A DNA stretch of 64,000 nt from the NCBI GenBank assembly GCA_013360745.1, contig JABWBA010000009.1, positions 94 through 64,093 on the forward strand, read 5' to 3'. Every line of letters starts with the position of its first letter. The stretch's first letter is position 1. A program made the translations under genes and the position numbers. The stretch is from Chthonomonadales bacterium (GTDB taxonomy: Bacteria; Armatimonadota; Chthonomonadetes; Chthonomonadales; CAJBBX01). This document shows, piece after piece, positions 53,893 through 63,724 of the stretch. The notes beneath the pieces are model-generated. The model searched no databases and was not told where the DNA came from. It saw only the letters and a program-made list of their open reading frames with translations.

Positions 53893-56124
53893 TTGCGGCG
53901 AAAGGGTATCGTCTTGCTGGATGCAGCAGCATCGCCCGTGCGTCCCTACGGGCTGATCGCGGTGTTTACCCTGATGGTCGGCGGGATTGTCGCCGGCGCT
54001 GCCTATTTTCACGACCGCCAGGCGGAATCCCTTCGGGCCGGACGGAGACTGGTCATCAACGGTACCACTTCGCTGCATGCGGCCCAGGTCTCCGATTGGC
54101 TGTCGGCGCGCATTCAGGAGACCGAACGCGCGGCCCGAGTCGGTAAACGCCTGCTCCGTTCCGACGGTAAACGGTCGAACCCGGCGTTCGGGGGCTCCGA
54201 TCCCGATGGCGCATGGCTTCTTGCGGTTCTGCTCCCGCTCGATGGCCGTTCCTTGCATATCGTCGATGCGTCCGGCGCCGTCCGCCTCCATCTCCATTCG
54301 GGGCCCTGCGACGCCGAGCTGGCCATGCGGCATGTGCGATTCGACCGATCGCAGCGAGATACGACGGTCGTTGCCGACGGAAACTCGACAGGATTCGTTC
54401 TTACCATCGTCGCACCGATCCGAGCGGCCGGCGCTGATGGAGCCGCAGCCGGCTATGCGGTTGCGGAGATCGATGCAGCGCCGACGATAGAACGCTTTGC
54501 GCGAGTATGGACATCGCCGAGTCGGAGCTGGGAGACGCTGCTAATCCAGCCGGAGGCGGGGCGGATGGTGCGCCTGAAAGCTCCTGGGGCGCCGCCCAGA
54601 ACCGTGCGCCAGCAGGCGATCCCGCTCAACGACGCTGTGATAGCCCAGGCGTTGGACGGCCGCATCGGCCATCTGTTTGGCGCCAACGACCGGGGGCGGG
54701 TGTGGAATGCGGAGATCATGGGGGTCCCACCTGTCGGATGGCTGATCATCGGCCGTGAGGGGCGTGAGGAGGTCGACAGGATCCTCCAACCGTTTCTCAT
54801 TCCGAGGGCTGCGGCGCTCGCGTCCGTGGTCAGTTTCGCCTATCTGGCGCTCTACGGGCTATGGCGCGCCCGGGACGCGAGGCAGGTGCGGCGATCTCTC
54901 GAACAGGAGCGGACACTCTCCGCGTCGCAGGCGCTCTTCAGGACGATTATCGACACGGTGCCGCTCCGTATCTTCTGGAAAGACCGAGACTCCCGGTATC
55001 TCGGCGCGAATACCGGTTTCGCTGAAGACGCCGGTATCTCGACTCCGGACGAGCTCGCAGGATTGACCGATGATGATCTGCCATGGAGCGCCTCTGCCGA
55101 TGCGTTCCGGGCCGATGATCAGACGGTAATCGAGACGGGAAAGCCGCTGTTTCGATCCGGGGAGCTTGCCAATCTGGACGGGAAAGGCGATCGGCTGATG
55201 CGTACCAGAAAAGCGCCGTTGAAGGACGGAGACGGGCGGGTTATCGGGGTCCTTGGCGTCTACGAGGATATCACCGACGAAGCGCGAGCGCGAGATGCGC
55301 TGGACACCGCACGGGCCGAGCTGGAACAACGGAACCGGTCGCTGTCGGAGCTGCTCTATGTGACGTCGCACGATCTGCGCTCACCGCTCGTGACCGTCCA
55401 GGGATTCACCTCGGAGATCATTGCGCTGGTCGAGGACTTAATGATGAACCTGAAAGGAACCGATCTCGGGCCGGAGCGGGAGAAGGCCGTACAGCGGATC
55501 ACCGGCGCCGAGCTTCCGAAGGCGGTGCGCTATGTTCTGGACGGTGTTCAGGCCCTGGACCGTATGATGACGGGCATTCAGGATCTGGCCCGCCTGGACC
55601 GACAGGAGTACGCAGCGGAGCCGATCGATATGGATCGCATCGTTCGGGATGTGATCGATGCGATGAGCAGCGAGATCGAAAGGGCCGGCGCCAGGGTCGA
55701 TCTGGGCGGAGTGCCTCCCTGTCGCGGCGACTCGGCCCAGATCCAGCAGGTTTTTCGCAATCTGCTGTCGAACGCAGTGAAGTACAGAGCCGCCCAACGG
55801 CCCTGCCAGATCACGATCACAGGTGAACTGCGCGATGGCGGCAGCGCGTATTGTGTCGAGGACAACGGCATTGGGATCGCCCAGACGCAGCTGGACAGGA
55901 TCTTTCAGATGTTCCATCGTGCAGCGCCGGACCACGCCCCGGGCGATGGCCTCGGTCTGGCCAGCGTGCGGATGGTGGTCGAGAAGCACGGCGGGCGTTG
56001 CTGGGCGGAATCGGAACCAGAGAAGGGATCTCGCTTCTGGTTCTGGCTGCCGAGCGTAAAGCCAGGCGTCGACCATGGAAAGGCGAGCCATGAACGCTCT
56101 CGAAACGACAATCCTGATCGCTGA
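53893..56124 (+). CDS. Membrane-bound PAS-domain sensor histidine kinase
   Basis: Two TM helices around a periplasmic domain; PAS (IFWKDRDSRYLGAN); H-box SHDLRSPL; NLLSNAVKY, DNGIGI, GLGL. Confidence 0.92.
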   Translation: MRRKGIVLLDAAASPVRPYGLIAVFTLMVGGIVAGAAYFHDRQAESLRAGRRLVINGTTSLHAAQVSDWLSARIQETERAARVGKRLLRSDGKRSNPAFGGSDPDGAWLLAVLLPLDGRSLHIVDASGAVRLHLHSGPCDAELAMRHVRFDRSQRDTTVVADGNSTGFVLTIVAPIRAAGADGAAAGYAVAEIDAAPTIERFARVWTSPSRSWETLLIQPEAGRMVRLKAPGAPPRTVRQQAIPLNDAVIAQALDGRIGHLFGANDRGRVWNAEIMGVPPVGWLIIGREGREEVDRILQPFLIPRAAALASVVSFAYLALYGLWRARDARQVRRSLEQERTLSASQALFRTIIDTVPLRIFWKDRDSRYLGANTGFAEDAGISTPDELAGLTDDDLPWSASADAFRADDQTVIETGKPLFRSGELANLDGKGDRLMRTRKAPLKDGDGRVIGVLGVYEDITDEARARDALDTARAELEQRNRSLSELLYVTSHDLRSPLVTVQGFTSEIIALVEDLMMNLKGTDLGPEREKAVQRITGAELPKAVRYVLDGVQALDRMMTGIQDLARLDRQEYAAEPIDMDRIVRDVIDAMSSEIERAGARVDLGGVPPCRGDSAQIQQVFRNLLSNAVKYRAAQRPCQITITGELRDGGSAYCVEDNGIGIAQTQLDRIFQMFHRAAPDHAPGDGLGLASVRMVVEKHGGRCWAESEPEKGSRFWFWLPSVKPGVDHGKASHERSRNDNPDR

Positions 56125-56536
56125 GGACGACGACGCCCACGCGGAGTTGATCAGCGCCAACCTCGTGCGCGCGGGCCTTTCGAACACCATCGTTCGATTT
56201 CGCGATGGCGAAGAGCTCCTCGCCTATCTCACAGGACCGGAGTTGAGTTCGGGTTCCTACCTGGTTCTCATGGATATCCGCATGCCCCGTATCGACGGAT
56301 ACGAAGCGCTGCAGAGGATGAAGGCATCCGATCGCCTTCGGAGGATCCCCGTGATCATGGTCACGACGACGAACGATCGGAGCGAAATCGAGCGCTGTCA
56401 TGATCTTGGGTGCAGCAGCTATATCACCAAGCCGGTCGATTATGCGAAGTTCGTTGAGGCGATCAGGATCCTGGGCCTGTTCCTGGCTGTGGTTGAGGCG
56501 CCTGTGGTGGAGACCTCGGCGGGCATCGAACGGTGA
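56090..56536 (+). CDS. Single-domain response regulator (receiver only)
   Basis: ILIAEDD, LMDIRMPRIDG, VIMVTT, YITKP; overlaps the kinase 3' end. Confidence 0.92.
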   Translation: MNALETTILIAEDDDAHAELISANLVRAGLSNTIVRFRDGEELLAYLTGPELSSGSYLVLMDIRMPRIDGYEALQRMKASDRLRRIPVIMVTTTNDRSEIERCHDLGCSSYITKPVDYAKFVEAIRILGLFLAVVEAPVVETSAGIER

Positions 56537-56600
56537 CCGCGTAACCCACAGGTTCCTATCGAGCCGTGCTCCCGGCCTCCGGTACTGCACGCGTATCCGC

Positions 56601-57308
56601 TCACGGCGTGAAGAGCGCCTCACGCGGAAAGAGGTCGTAATCATGTACGCCCGGGTCGGCGCACCACCGACCGACGCTGTCCGTGCGCACCGGTATGCGG
56701 GCCAGAGGCATGCCGAGAAAGGCCTCAAGGCGCGTCAGGGTGGACTCCTGATGCAGGATAAACTCCTCAAATCGAACGTCGATACACCTCAGGGGACGCG
56801 GAGTCACCCGCATCAGCTCGTACTGATAGCGCCAGCTGATCGCTCGCCGCAGCCGCAGATCCTCCACCATCTCAGCCGGCGCGCCGAACTCGGCGAGGTT
56901 ATCCGTCAGATGGGCGCCGAGGATGCTGTCGCGGGGATCGCGCGACCAGTAGATGTAGTGCGCTTCCGGGAATAGGCGCACGATCCAGGGGAGGACAAGG
57001 GTGGTTTCGGGCAGCTTCCACCCGCGACGCGGGGCATCACTGGCCATCACGGAACAGAGGAACGACTCGACGAGACGGATGAACGCCGGGTCGATCGGGC
57101 CTTCCAGCACGCGCGAGAAGTCCCAATCCAGACCGCCTCTATGGGATACATACCGGCCGAACACGCGGCAGGCTTCGTACATGTCATCGGGCGGGAGCAG
57201 ATCGCCCGATTCGTTCAGGCGATCCCCCATGAAGACCCCGGAGGCGCTGAGCGTATGGGACATCGCGCGTGTGCCGCCGTGCCCCCGTCCGATCACGGTG
57301 ATCAGCAT
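56601..57308 (-). CDS. Sulfotransferase-family protein
   Basis: GRGHGGT (5'-PSB-like loop), GWKLPET, LFPEA.YI..RDPRD (3'-PB), VRFEEF..LEAFLG; directly downstream of cysNC. Confidence 0.75.
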   Translation of the reverse strand: MLITVIGRGHGGTRAMSHTLSASGVFMGDRLNESGDLLPPDDMYEACRVFGRYVSHRGGLDWDFSRVLEGPIDPAFIRLVESFLCSVMASDAPRRGWKLPETTLVLPWIVRLFPEAHYIYWSRDPRDSILGAHLTDNLAEFGAPAEMVEDLRLRRAISWRYQYELMRVTPRPLRCIDVRFEEFILHQESTLTRLEAFLGMPLARIPVRTDSVGRWCADPGVHDYDLFPREALFTP

Positions 57309-59263
57309 GGTGCGTTCGGATCCTCCTCGACTTCGGGTGCGATATAACCGTTCTCCGTTAGGAACCTCATGAGCGTCGCGGTAAGCTCGGCCACGGCGCT
57401 GCGGTCGGTGGCCAACCGGAGATCGGGTTCCAGCGGCGGCTCGTAGGGCGCCGAGACGCCCGTGAACTCCGGAATGAGACCCGCGCGGGCTTTGGCGTAA
57501 TGGCCCTTGGGGTCCCGTTGCTCGCAGACCTCGCGCGGCGCGTCGACGAAGACCTCGGCGAACCGTTCGCTGCCGATGATCTGCCGCGCGTTCTCCCGGT
57601 CCGCCGCATAGGGCGAAATGAAGGATGCGATCACGATCAGTCCTGCGTCGTTGAACAGGGCCGCCACTTCGGCGGCGCGTCGGATATTCTCCGCCCGATC
57701 CTCCGGGGAGAACCCCAGATCGCGGTTGAGACCGTAGCGAAGCGTATCGCCGTCAAGGACCACGCAGGCGTTGCCCGCGGCGATCAGCGTTTCCTCCAGC
57801 GCGGCGGCCAGTGTGGACTTGCCGGAGCCGCTGAGCCCCGTACACCAGAGGGTGATCGGCTTCTGTCCGAACAGGCGCTGCCGCATGGCGTTCGTGACCC
57901 GGCCTTGATGACGAACGAGATGGGTTGCCTCTCCGCGGCGCGGCGCGGCGCCTTCGATCAGGCCGGCGCCGGCCGTCTGATGGGTGCCGGGGTCGATCAG
58001 GATGAAACTGCCCGTCTGGCGGTTATCGGCATAGGGATCGGCGTAGATCGGCTGGAGCGCTCTGATTCGCACCTTGCCGATATCGTTCATCTCCAGCGTT
58101 CTGGCGTCTTCGGGCTCCAGCGTGGTCGGGCAGATCCGGTGGAGTACTTCCGTTGCCCGGGCTCGGAGCGTGCGCGTGCCGTGTTTCATCAGATAGGTGA
58201 TGTCCGTGTCCAGAGCCGCATCGTCCATCCAGATGACCGTAGCGATGAACTCGGTAAGCTCCAGAGGCGGATCGTCGGGCGAGGCGAGCAGGTGGCCACG
58301 CCCGATATCGATATCGTCCGCTACCGTCAGGGTCACCGCCTCCGGGGCCGAGGCCGCATCGGTTTCGCCTCGCGGCGTGAGGATGCTGGTTACCCGCGTA
58401 ATCCGGCCAGAGGGATGGACGCCGACCGGATCACCGATCCGTACGGATCCTGAAGCGAGGGCTCCCGAATAGCCTCGATACGTTGAGTCGGGGCGCTGGA
58501 CATACTGTACCGCCATGCGGAATGGGCCATCGAGGTCGGGCCGCTCGATCGGGACGGTCTCCAGATACTCCAGAAGAGATGGACCCGAGTACCACGGAGC
58601 CTGCGATCCTCGCTCGACGATGTTATCGCCGCGGAGGGCGCTGACGGGGATGAACACGGGCTGCAGGGATAGGGTAGACAGGTAGTCGCCATAGATAGAT
58701 CGGAGCTCCTCATAACGCTCGCGGGACCAATCGACCAGGTCCATCTTGTTCACGGCTACTGCGATACTTCTGAGGCCGATCAGGGCGATCACGAAGGCAT
58801 GCCGCCTCGACTGGAGGGTGATCCCCCGCTGGGCGTCGAGCAGGATCACGGCGGCGTCGGCGGTGGAAGCCGCAGTCACCATATTCCTCGTGTATTGCTC
58901 GTGGCCGGGAGCATCGGCGATGATGAACCGCCGGCGCGGCGTGGCGAAGGGCCGATAGGCGACATCAATGGTGATCTTCTGCTCCCGTTCGGCACGCAGG
59001 CCGTCGGTCAGGAGGGCTAGATCGGTCTCGGCATTCCCGATGCGTCGCGAGGCTTCCTCGGCGGCGAGCAGCTGATCGCGGAACACCGCGCGGCAGTCAT
59101 GAAGGAGGCGGCCGATGAGCGTCGACTTGCCGTCGTCGACGCTGCCCGCCGTGGTGAACCGCAGCAACGGCGCGCGCTCGAACGCGGCGACGGGATCCTC
59201 CAGCGCCTCGCGATCGCCCGCGATCGATCGGTCATCACCGTTGAGAGCCGCGCCCTGGAGCAC
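57302..59263 (-). CDS. cysNC: Bifunctional sulfate adenylyltransferase subunit 1 / adenylyl-sulfate kinase (CysN/CysC, NodQ-like)
   Basis: TAGSVDDGKSTLIGRLL, ITIDVAY, DAPGHEQYTRNM, NKMD; TGLSGSGKST, LDGD..R.GL..DLGFS, RDPKG.Y.KARAG. Confidence 0.95.
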   Translation of the reverse strand: MLQGAALNGDDRSIAGDREALEDPVAAFERAPLLRFTTAGSVDDGKSTLIGRLLHDCRAVFRDQLLAAEEASRRIGNAETDLALLTDGLRAEREQKITIDVAYRPFATPRRRFIIADAPGHEQYTRNMVTAASTADAAVILLDAQRGITLQSRRHAFVIALIGLRSIAVAVNKMDLVDWSRERYEELRSIYGDYLSTLSLQPVFIPVSALRGDNIVERGSQAPWYSGPSLLEYLETVPIERPDLDGPFRMAVQYVQRPDSTYRGYSGALASGSVRIGDPVGVHPSGRITRVTSILTPRGETDAASAPEAVTLTVADDIDIGRGHLLASPDDPPLELTEFIATVIWMDDAALDTDITYLMKHGTRTLRARATEVLHRICPTTLEPEDARTLEMNDIGKVRIRALQPIYADPYADNRQTGSFILIDPGTHQTAGAGLIEGAAPRRGEATHLVRHQGRVTNAMRQRLFGQKPITLWCTGLSGSGKSTLAAALEETLIAAGNACVVLDGDTLRYGLNRDLGFSPEDRAENIRRAAEVAALFNDAGLIVIASFISPYAADRENARQIIGSERFAEVFVDAPREVCEQRDPKGHYAKARAGLIPEFTGVSAPYEPPLEPDLRLATDRSAVAELTATLMRFLTENGYIAPEVEEDPNAPC

Positions 59264-60211
59264 CTAGAAATACCCTTCGCGCTTCTTTTGTTCCATCGAG
59301 GCGTCCTGGTCATGATCGATGACCCGGGTGGTACGCTCGGATTCCTTCACCTGAAGCAGCTCTTCGATGATCTCATCGACGGTGCGCGCTGATGATCGGA
59401 TAACGCCGGTACACGGATGACAGCCCAGCGTTCGGCAGCGGCACAGGACCCGCTTTGGCGTTTCCCCATCTCTCAGGCGAGTGCCCGGATACACCGGGAT
59501 CAACTGCCCGTGGCGCTCGACGACGGGCCGTTCCTCTGCGAAGTACAGGGGAACAACCGGGATGGCCTCACGCCGAATGTAGAGCCAGACATCGAGCTCG
59601 GTCCAGTTGGACAGCGGGAAGACGCGGATGCTCTCGCCCGGGCGGATACAGCCGTTATAGAGGTTCCATAGCTCCGGCCGCTGGTTCCTCGGGTCCCATT
59701 GCCCTTCCGCATCGCGAAACGAATAGACCCGTTCCTTGGCTCTCGACCTCTCCTCCTCGCGTCGTGCCCCACCGAAGGCCGCATCATAGCCCCCTTCTCG
59801 AAGTGCGTCGACCAGCGCCCTGGTTTTGAGCCGTGCGCAGCAGAGAACGGTTCCCTGGTCCCAGGGGTTGGTCCCTTCCGCGATCGCCCGTTCGTTACGG
59901 TGGACGATCAGGTCGACGCCGACTTCGCGGCATCGCCGGTCTCGGAAGGCGGTCATCTCAGGAAACTTGAAGCCGGTGTCCACGTGCAGGAATGGGAACG
60001 GAATCCTGCCCGGCGCGAAGGCTTTCTGGGCGAGGCGGAGCATCACGGAGGAATCCTTGCCGATCGAATAGAGCATCACCGGCCGGCGAAACTCCGCCGC
60101 GACCTCCCGGAGGATATGGATGCCCTCGGCCTCCAGCGCGTCCAGCGTCGTCCGTTCGGGACGGGTGGCCCCAGCCGTGGGCGGTCTCGAGGCTGTGTTA
60201 GAGATGACCAT
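59264..60211 (-). CDS. cysD: Sulfate adenylyltransferase subunit 2
   Basis: [66 protein letters not shown]; GAGGT RBS before ATG 60211. Confidence 0.96.
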   Translation of the reverse strand: MVISNTASRPPTAGATRPERTTLDALEAEGIHILREVAAEFRRPVMLYSIGKDSSVMLRLAQKAFAPGRIPFPFLHVDTGFKFPEMTAFRDRRCREVGVDLIVHRNERAIAEGTNPWDQGTVLCCARLKTRALVDALREGGYDAAFGGARREEERSRAKERVYSFRDAEGQWDPRNQRPELWNLYNGCIRPGESIRVFPLSNWTELDVWLYIRREAIPVVPLYFAEERPVVERHGQLIPVYPGTRLRDGETPKRVLCRCRTLGCHPCTGVIRSSARTVDEIIEELLQVKESERTTRVIDHDQDASMEQKKREGYF

Positions 60212-60285
60212 GGATGATGACCTCATGGACGATAAGGAACACTCTCGTTACTCTTATCCTACGCCCCTTCGACGTCGAAATGGAT

Positions 60286-60322
60286 GCATAATCCCGCCAT
60301 ATTTCAGCATTATTCCGCCATA
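60286..60322. promoter_or_regulatory. Tandem 16-bp direct repeat with 21-bp period, candidate AraC-family operator
   Basis: GCATAATCCCGCCATA (60286-60301) and GCATTATTCCGCCATA (60307-60322), 14/16 identical, between divergent cysD and the AraC gene. Confidence 0.65.
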
Positions 60323-60331
60323 ATGCTCCTG

Positions 60332-61216
60332 ATGAACGAGGATAGGACGCCAGCGATCCTTCGCCGTGCGGATCATTTCTATGGAGATTTCCCGCTCGCC
60401 CTGAGCCGTATCCATTCCCACGCCGACTGCAGCCCACACACTCACGAGTTCGGCGAACTGGTCATCGTCCTTCGTGGCCGTGGCCTGCACATCACCGAGT
60501 ACGATTCATGGCCCATCGGCGCCGGCGATGTCTTCGTCCTCCAGGGACGTCATGTCCATGGCTATGTCAACACCTCACAGCTGGACCTCGTCAACATCAT
60601 GTTCGTGTCCGACGAACTCGATATGCGGGAGCCGGAGATCGCCCAGCTTCCCGGGTTCCACGTCCTGTTCACGCTCGAGCCGAGAGTGCGCCGGAGGCAC
60701 CGCTTTCGCAGCCGCCTGTGCCTCGACGCGGGCCAGCTCCACTCGGTGAACGGTCTGATCGATCGGCTGGAGCGGGAGCTCTGCGCGCGGCCGATCGGAT
60801 GGAGGCGTAGCGCTCGCGCGTGCTTCACTCTGATCGTCACCGAGCTCAGTCGCCAGTACAGTCGAGTCGATACGCCGGCGGCTGCGGCACTGCGGCAGCT
60901 TGGCGAAGCATTGAGCTATATCGAGGCGAATCTGCGCGAAGCGCCGACTGCAGCGGATATCGCGATGGCCGGCAAGATGTCGCCCCGGACGCTGACGAGA
61001 GCTTTTCATGCTGCGCTGGCCTGCAGCCCCATCGAATATGTCGTTCGGCTGCGAATCACCCGGGCAATGGAGCTCCTGAGGTCGACTGCGGAGCCGGTGG
61101 CCGAGATCGCCTATCGCCTTGGGTATCGGGACGGCAGCTACTTTTCGCGCCAGTTTCGCGAGCGTGCGGGTCTGAGCCCATCGGAATATCGGAAAGCGTC
61201 CCGTCCGCCGAGCTGA
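60332..61216 (+). CDS. AraC-family transcriptional regulator (RhaR/RhaS-like, cupin + double HTH)
   Basis: HTHEFGELVIV.RG.G.H cupin; SPRTLTRAF, RITRAMELL, IAYRLGYRDGSYFSRQF..AGLSPSEYR; start 60323 or 60332. Confidence 0.92.
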   Translation: MNEDRTPAILRRADHFYGDFPLALSRIHSHADCSPHTHEFGELVIVLRGRGLHITEYDSWPIGAGDVFVLQGRHVHGYVNTSQLDLVNIMFVSDELDMREPEIAQLPGFHVLFTLEPRVRRRHRFRSRLCLDAGQLHSVNGLIDRLERELCARPIGWRRSARACFTLIVTELSRQYSRVDTPAAAALRQLGEALSYIEANLREAPTAADIAMAGKMSPRTLTRAFHAALACSPIEYVVRLRITRAMELLRSTAEPVAEIAYRLGYRDGSYFSRQFRERAGLSPSEYRKASRPPS

Positions 61217-61238
61217 GCCTCGCAGGGCGAAGGAGCGA

Positions 61239-62435
61239 TCAGAACGTCGGCCGGAGCGGTAGGTCGCCGGGGCCGTCGGCGCTCATGCGGCTCTCCTTGT
61301 AGGGTGCGCCTCCGTCGTCCTTCCCGTTGGGTCCGACGCTGTACAGGCGATACGAGCCGCCCATCCCCTTGTAGATGAGGGGGGCGCCTGAGAAGGGATC
61401 GCTCAACATCGCCGGTTCCGCCAGGCCCTTGAGCGTGGCTGGATAGCGTCCGGTTCGCTCATGCACCAACTCAGCGGCAAGCGCAGCATACAGGATTCTC
61501 ATACGTGCAACGATGTAGGCATGGCGTACGACGTGCGTAGCCAGAGCCCGCGGTTCAAGGGATTCGTCCGCAAGGATTCCTTCCATCTCGGTCGGCGGGG
61601 CGGGCGGGGTCACCTGTAAAGGTAGTTTCGCGGCCTCCTCCGCCCATTTCGCCAGGTACGTGTCGAGGGCGTCATAGGCCGGTCGCTTGGGCTTTAGCAG
61701 GAACTGCCATTCGTAGTCTGCGCGGGGAATGTTCAGCCGGAATATGCGGACGGCGCCGGGCTTGACGAGCTCCGAGAACTGTTCCAGACGGCTCACTCGT
61801 TCCGTTCGAAAGATGGACGCAAGTGGGGTTGTCTGCCGGTCCAGCTTCTCGATTGAGGCCATCAGCGTGCGACAATCCTCAGCGCTGAACCTGCGCAGGA
61901 TATCGGGCGCGGCTTCGAACAGGGGTACGAAACTCAGGTATCCGGTCGTGAGTTGCAGCGTGGCTCCATCGCGCATCACGCCGGCCGCGAAGCACAACCC
62001 AGCGTTGAGGGTTTGTGCGGCTTCTGTCGGTTTGGAACGGGCCTGGCTCCGGGCCGCGATCGCGGTCAGTCGAGTGACGCTTGGGAAGGCCAGGGCGGAG
62101 ACGAAACGGACACCGGGGCGAAGCTCCGTTACGGCGGATGGGTGTCCTGCGAGCTGCTTCAGCGCGCTCAGCGCCTCGGCGTTTGCTTGGAGGACCCGTG
62201 ACACCTCGTTGCCGGATGTCTTTCGGCTCCGGTCGAGGGCGGTCAGCTGGTCGGGTTCGCGAATGCGCTGGACAAGACCAACGTACTGGTCGTAGACGTT
62301 GCCTGCGGGCAGGGTTCGCGTCTGGACCGGAGGCGCCGGCACACGGTTTCGGTTCCAGACATATGCTCCGGCGCCCAGCCATACTGCCAGGAGGGCGGCT
62401 AGAAGGCCGCCCCCAACCCGCCTACCACAGTTCAT
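61239..62435 (-). CDS. Membrane-anchored helical protein with GspG/pseudopilin-like C-terminal motif
   Basis: N-terminal TM; C-terminal ALAAE....GRYPATL.GL....DPFSG.PL.Y....LYSVGPNGKDDGG. Confidence 0.65.
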   Translation of the reverse strand: MNCGRRVGGGLLAALLAVWLGAGAYVWNRNRVPAPPVQTRTLPAGNVYDQYVGLVQRIREPDQLTALDRSRKTSGNEVSRVLQANAEALSALKQLAGHPSAVTELRPGVRFVSALAFPSVTRLTAIAARSQARSKPTEAAQTLNAGLCFAAGVMRDGATLQLTTGYLSFVPLFEAAPDILRRFSAEDCRTLMASIEKLDRQTTPLASIFRTERVSRLEQFSELVKPGAVRIFRLNIPRADYEWQFLLKPKRPAYDALDTYLAKWAEEAAKLPLQVTPPAPPTEMEGILADESLEPRALATHVVRHAYIVARMRILYAALAAELVHERTGRYPATLKGLAEPAMLSDPFSGAPLIYKGMGGSYRLYSVGPNGKDDGGAPYKESRMSADGPGDLPLRPTF

Positions 62436-62451
62436 CCGTAGTTGGGTCTTT

Positions 62452-62637
62452 CTACTTCTCTTCGAACATCTGGTAGGTCTTAGAGCCTGGTCTGGCCAGA
62501 TTCCGTTCCTTGCCCTCGACCATCTTCACCTTGTAGTTCCGCTTTTCGATGGTATAGGCGGTAACGCGCCAGAGCAAGGCCACAGCCGCGAGGGCAAAGA
62601 TGATAATGTGCCACGGTTTGACGGCGCCACTCTTCAT
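62452..62637 (-). CDS. Small single-TM protein downstream of the prepilin-like gene
   Basis: GAGGTGG RBS; KPWHIIIFALAAVALLW; fills the gap between co-directional genes. Confidence 0.6.
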   Translation of the reverse strand: MKSGAVKPWHIIIFALAAVALLWRVTAYTIEKRNYKVKMVEGKERNLARPGSKTYQMFEEK

Positions 62638-62659
62638 AAAGACCACCTCTGACGGCGGC

Positions 62660-62696
62660 CGGACGACCCCGCGAACCGTGAATACAGGGTCGTCCG
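62660..62696 (-). other. Hairpin downstream of the prepilin-like gene
   Basis: CGGACGACCC (62660-62669) pairs with GGGTCGTCCG (62687-62696). Confidence 0.5.
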
Positions 62697-62718
62697 ACCG
62701 TCCGGTATTGTCAAGTCG

Positions 62719-63558
62719 TCAGTCGGCGTAACGGGTCCACTGAGCGGGCGTGGACTGGCGCAGGGCCTTCATATGCCCATCCGCGAAGATGGCGTTGAAC
62801 GTGCCCGTGTGTCGCTTGCCCACGCGACCGTGCTTCACGCCGTTGATGAAGCAGCCGCTGGCGCTGGTATCGCCCCGGGTCGTCACCGTAACGTCCGTAT
62901 CGCGAGGATAACGGAAGAGGGCGGCGGTGCTGGAGGCGGTCGCTGAGGTGCCGCAGTCCGGTGCGCCGTCGACGGCGACGAAGGTGTTGGCCGGCTCTTC
63001 GACTTCGGCATCCGCAGCGCCCATGTCCATCGTCGTATCGCCCAGCGCAGTGTCGTATTCTGAGCGAGCAACGATGCCGTGGTAGCAGGCGAGACCGGTC
63101 GGGTCACTGCACCAGATGGGATCGTCGTTATAGGCTTCGTTCAGCAGATATCCCATCGACCAGGGGCGAGCAGTCGTGCCCAGCGGAGGATCGCCCCACA
63201 TCGCGATGACCGGGGCGCAGCCAGCCCGTCCGCCGTCCCGGACAAAACGACGCTCTGGAACGCTTGGACAGGCGAACAACTGGACGTTCTTAACATAGGG
63301 ATGGATGAGATCAGCCCAGATAAACATGGGACACGAACCCCATGTATTCGGATACGAGTACGAGCCGACGTTCTGCTCGTCGAAGTCCTGGGCATACATC
63401 CGGAACGCGAGGCCGAGCTGCTTGCCATTGCTCAAGCACGAGATCGCTCGGGCTTTCTCGCGGGCCTGCGCGAACACAGGGAAGAGGATCGCTGCCAGAA
63501 TCGCAATGATGGCGATCACTACAAGCAGCTCGATGAGGGTAAAGCCAGTACGCTTCAT
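62719..63558 (-). CDS. Prepilin-type N-terminal cleavage/methylation protein with DUF1559 and H-X9-DG motif
   Basis: [47 protein letters not shown]; [14 protein letters not shown]; AAGGAG RBS. Confidence 0.93.
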   Translation of the reverse strand: MKRTGFTLIELLVVIAIIAILAAILFPVFAQAREKARAISCLSNGKQLGLAFRMYAQDFDEQNVGSYSYPNTWGSCPMFIWADLIHPYVKNVQLFACPSVPERRFVRDGGRAGCAPVIAMWGDPPLGTTARPWSMGYLLNEAYNDDPIWCSDPTGLACYHGIVARSEYDTALGDTTMDMGAADAEVEEPANTFVAVDGAPDCGTSATASSTAALFRYPRDTDVTVTTRGDTSASGCFINGVKHGRVGKRHTGTFNAIFADGHMKALRQSTPAQWTRYAD

Positions 63559-63695
63559 GCCTTGCCACTCCTTGTCACCGTCTTGGCGCTTATAGGATGG
63601 TATGGACGAATGTCCGGATGGCCGCAGGGGCTGATCAAGATCAGGGCATTCCTGGATCGGCTCAGGCGCGAACGAACACCACCATCTCTGACATT

Positions 63696-63724
63696 ACTCT
63701 AACCCGGAAATCCCTTTTCGTCAA
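63696..63724 (-). promoter_or_regulatory. sigma70-type promoter of the prepilin-like cluster
   Basis: TTGACG (63724-63719), 17-bp spacer, TAGAGT (63701-63696) on the minus strand. Confidence 0.65.

Noticed and set aside
53893-56536. NtrB/NtrC-like nitrogen regulators next to glnA
   Set aside because: The kinase is membrane-bound with a periplasmic sensor, and the regulator is receiver-only with no AAA+ or ANTAR output domain; there is no evidence of a functional link.
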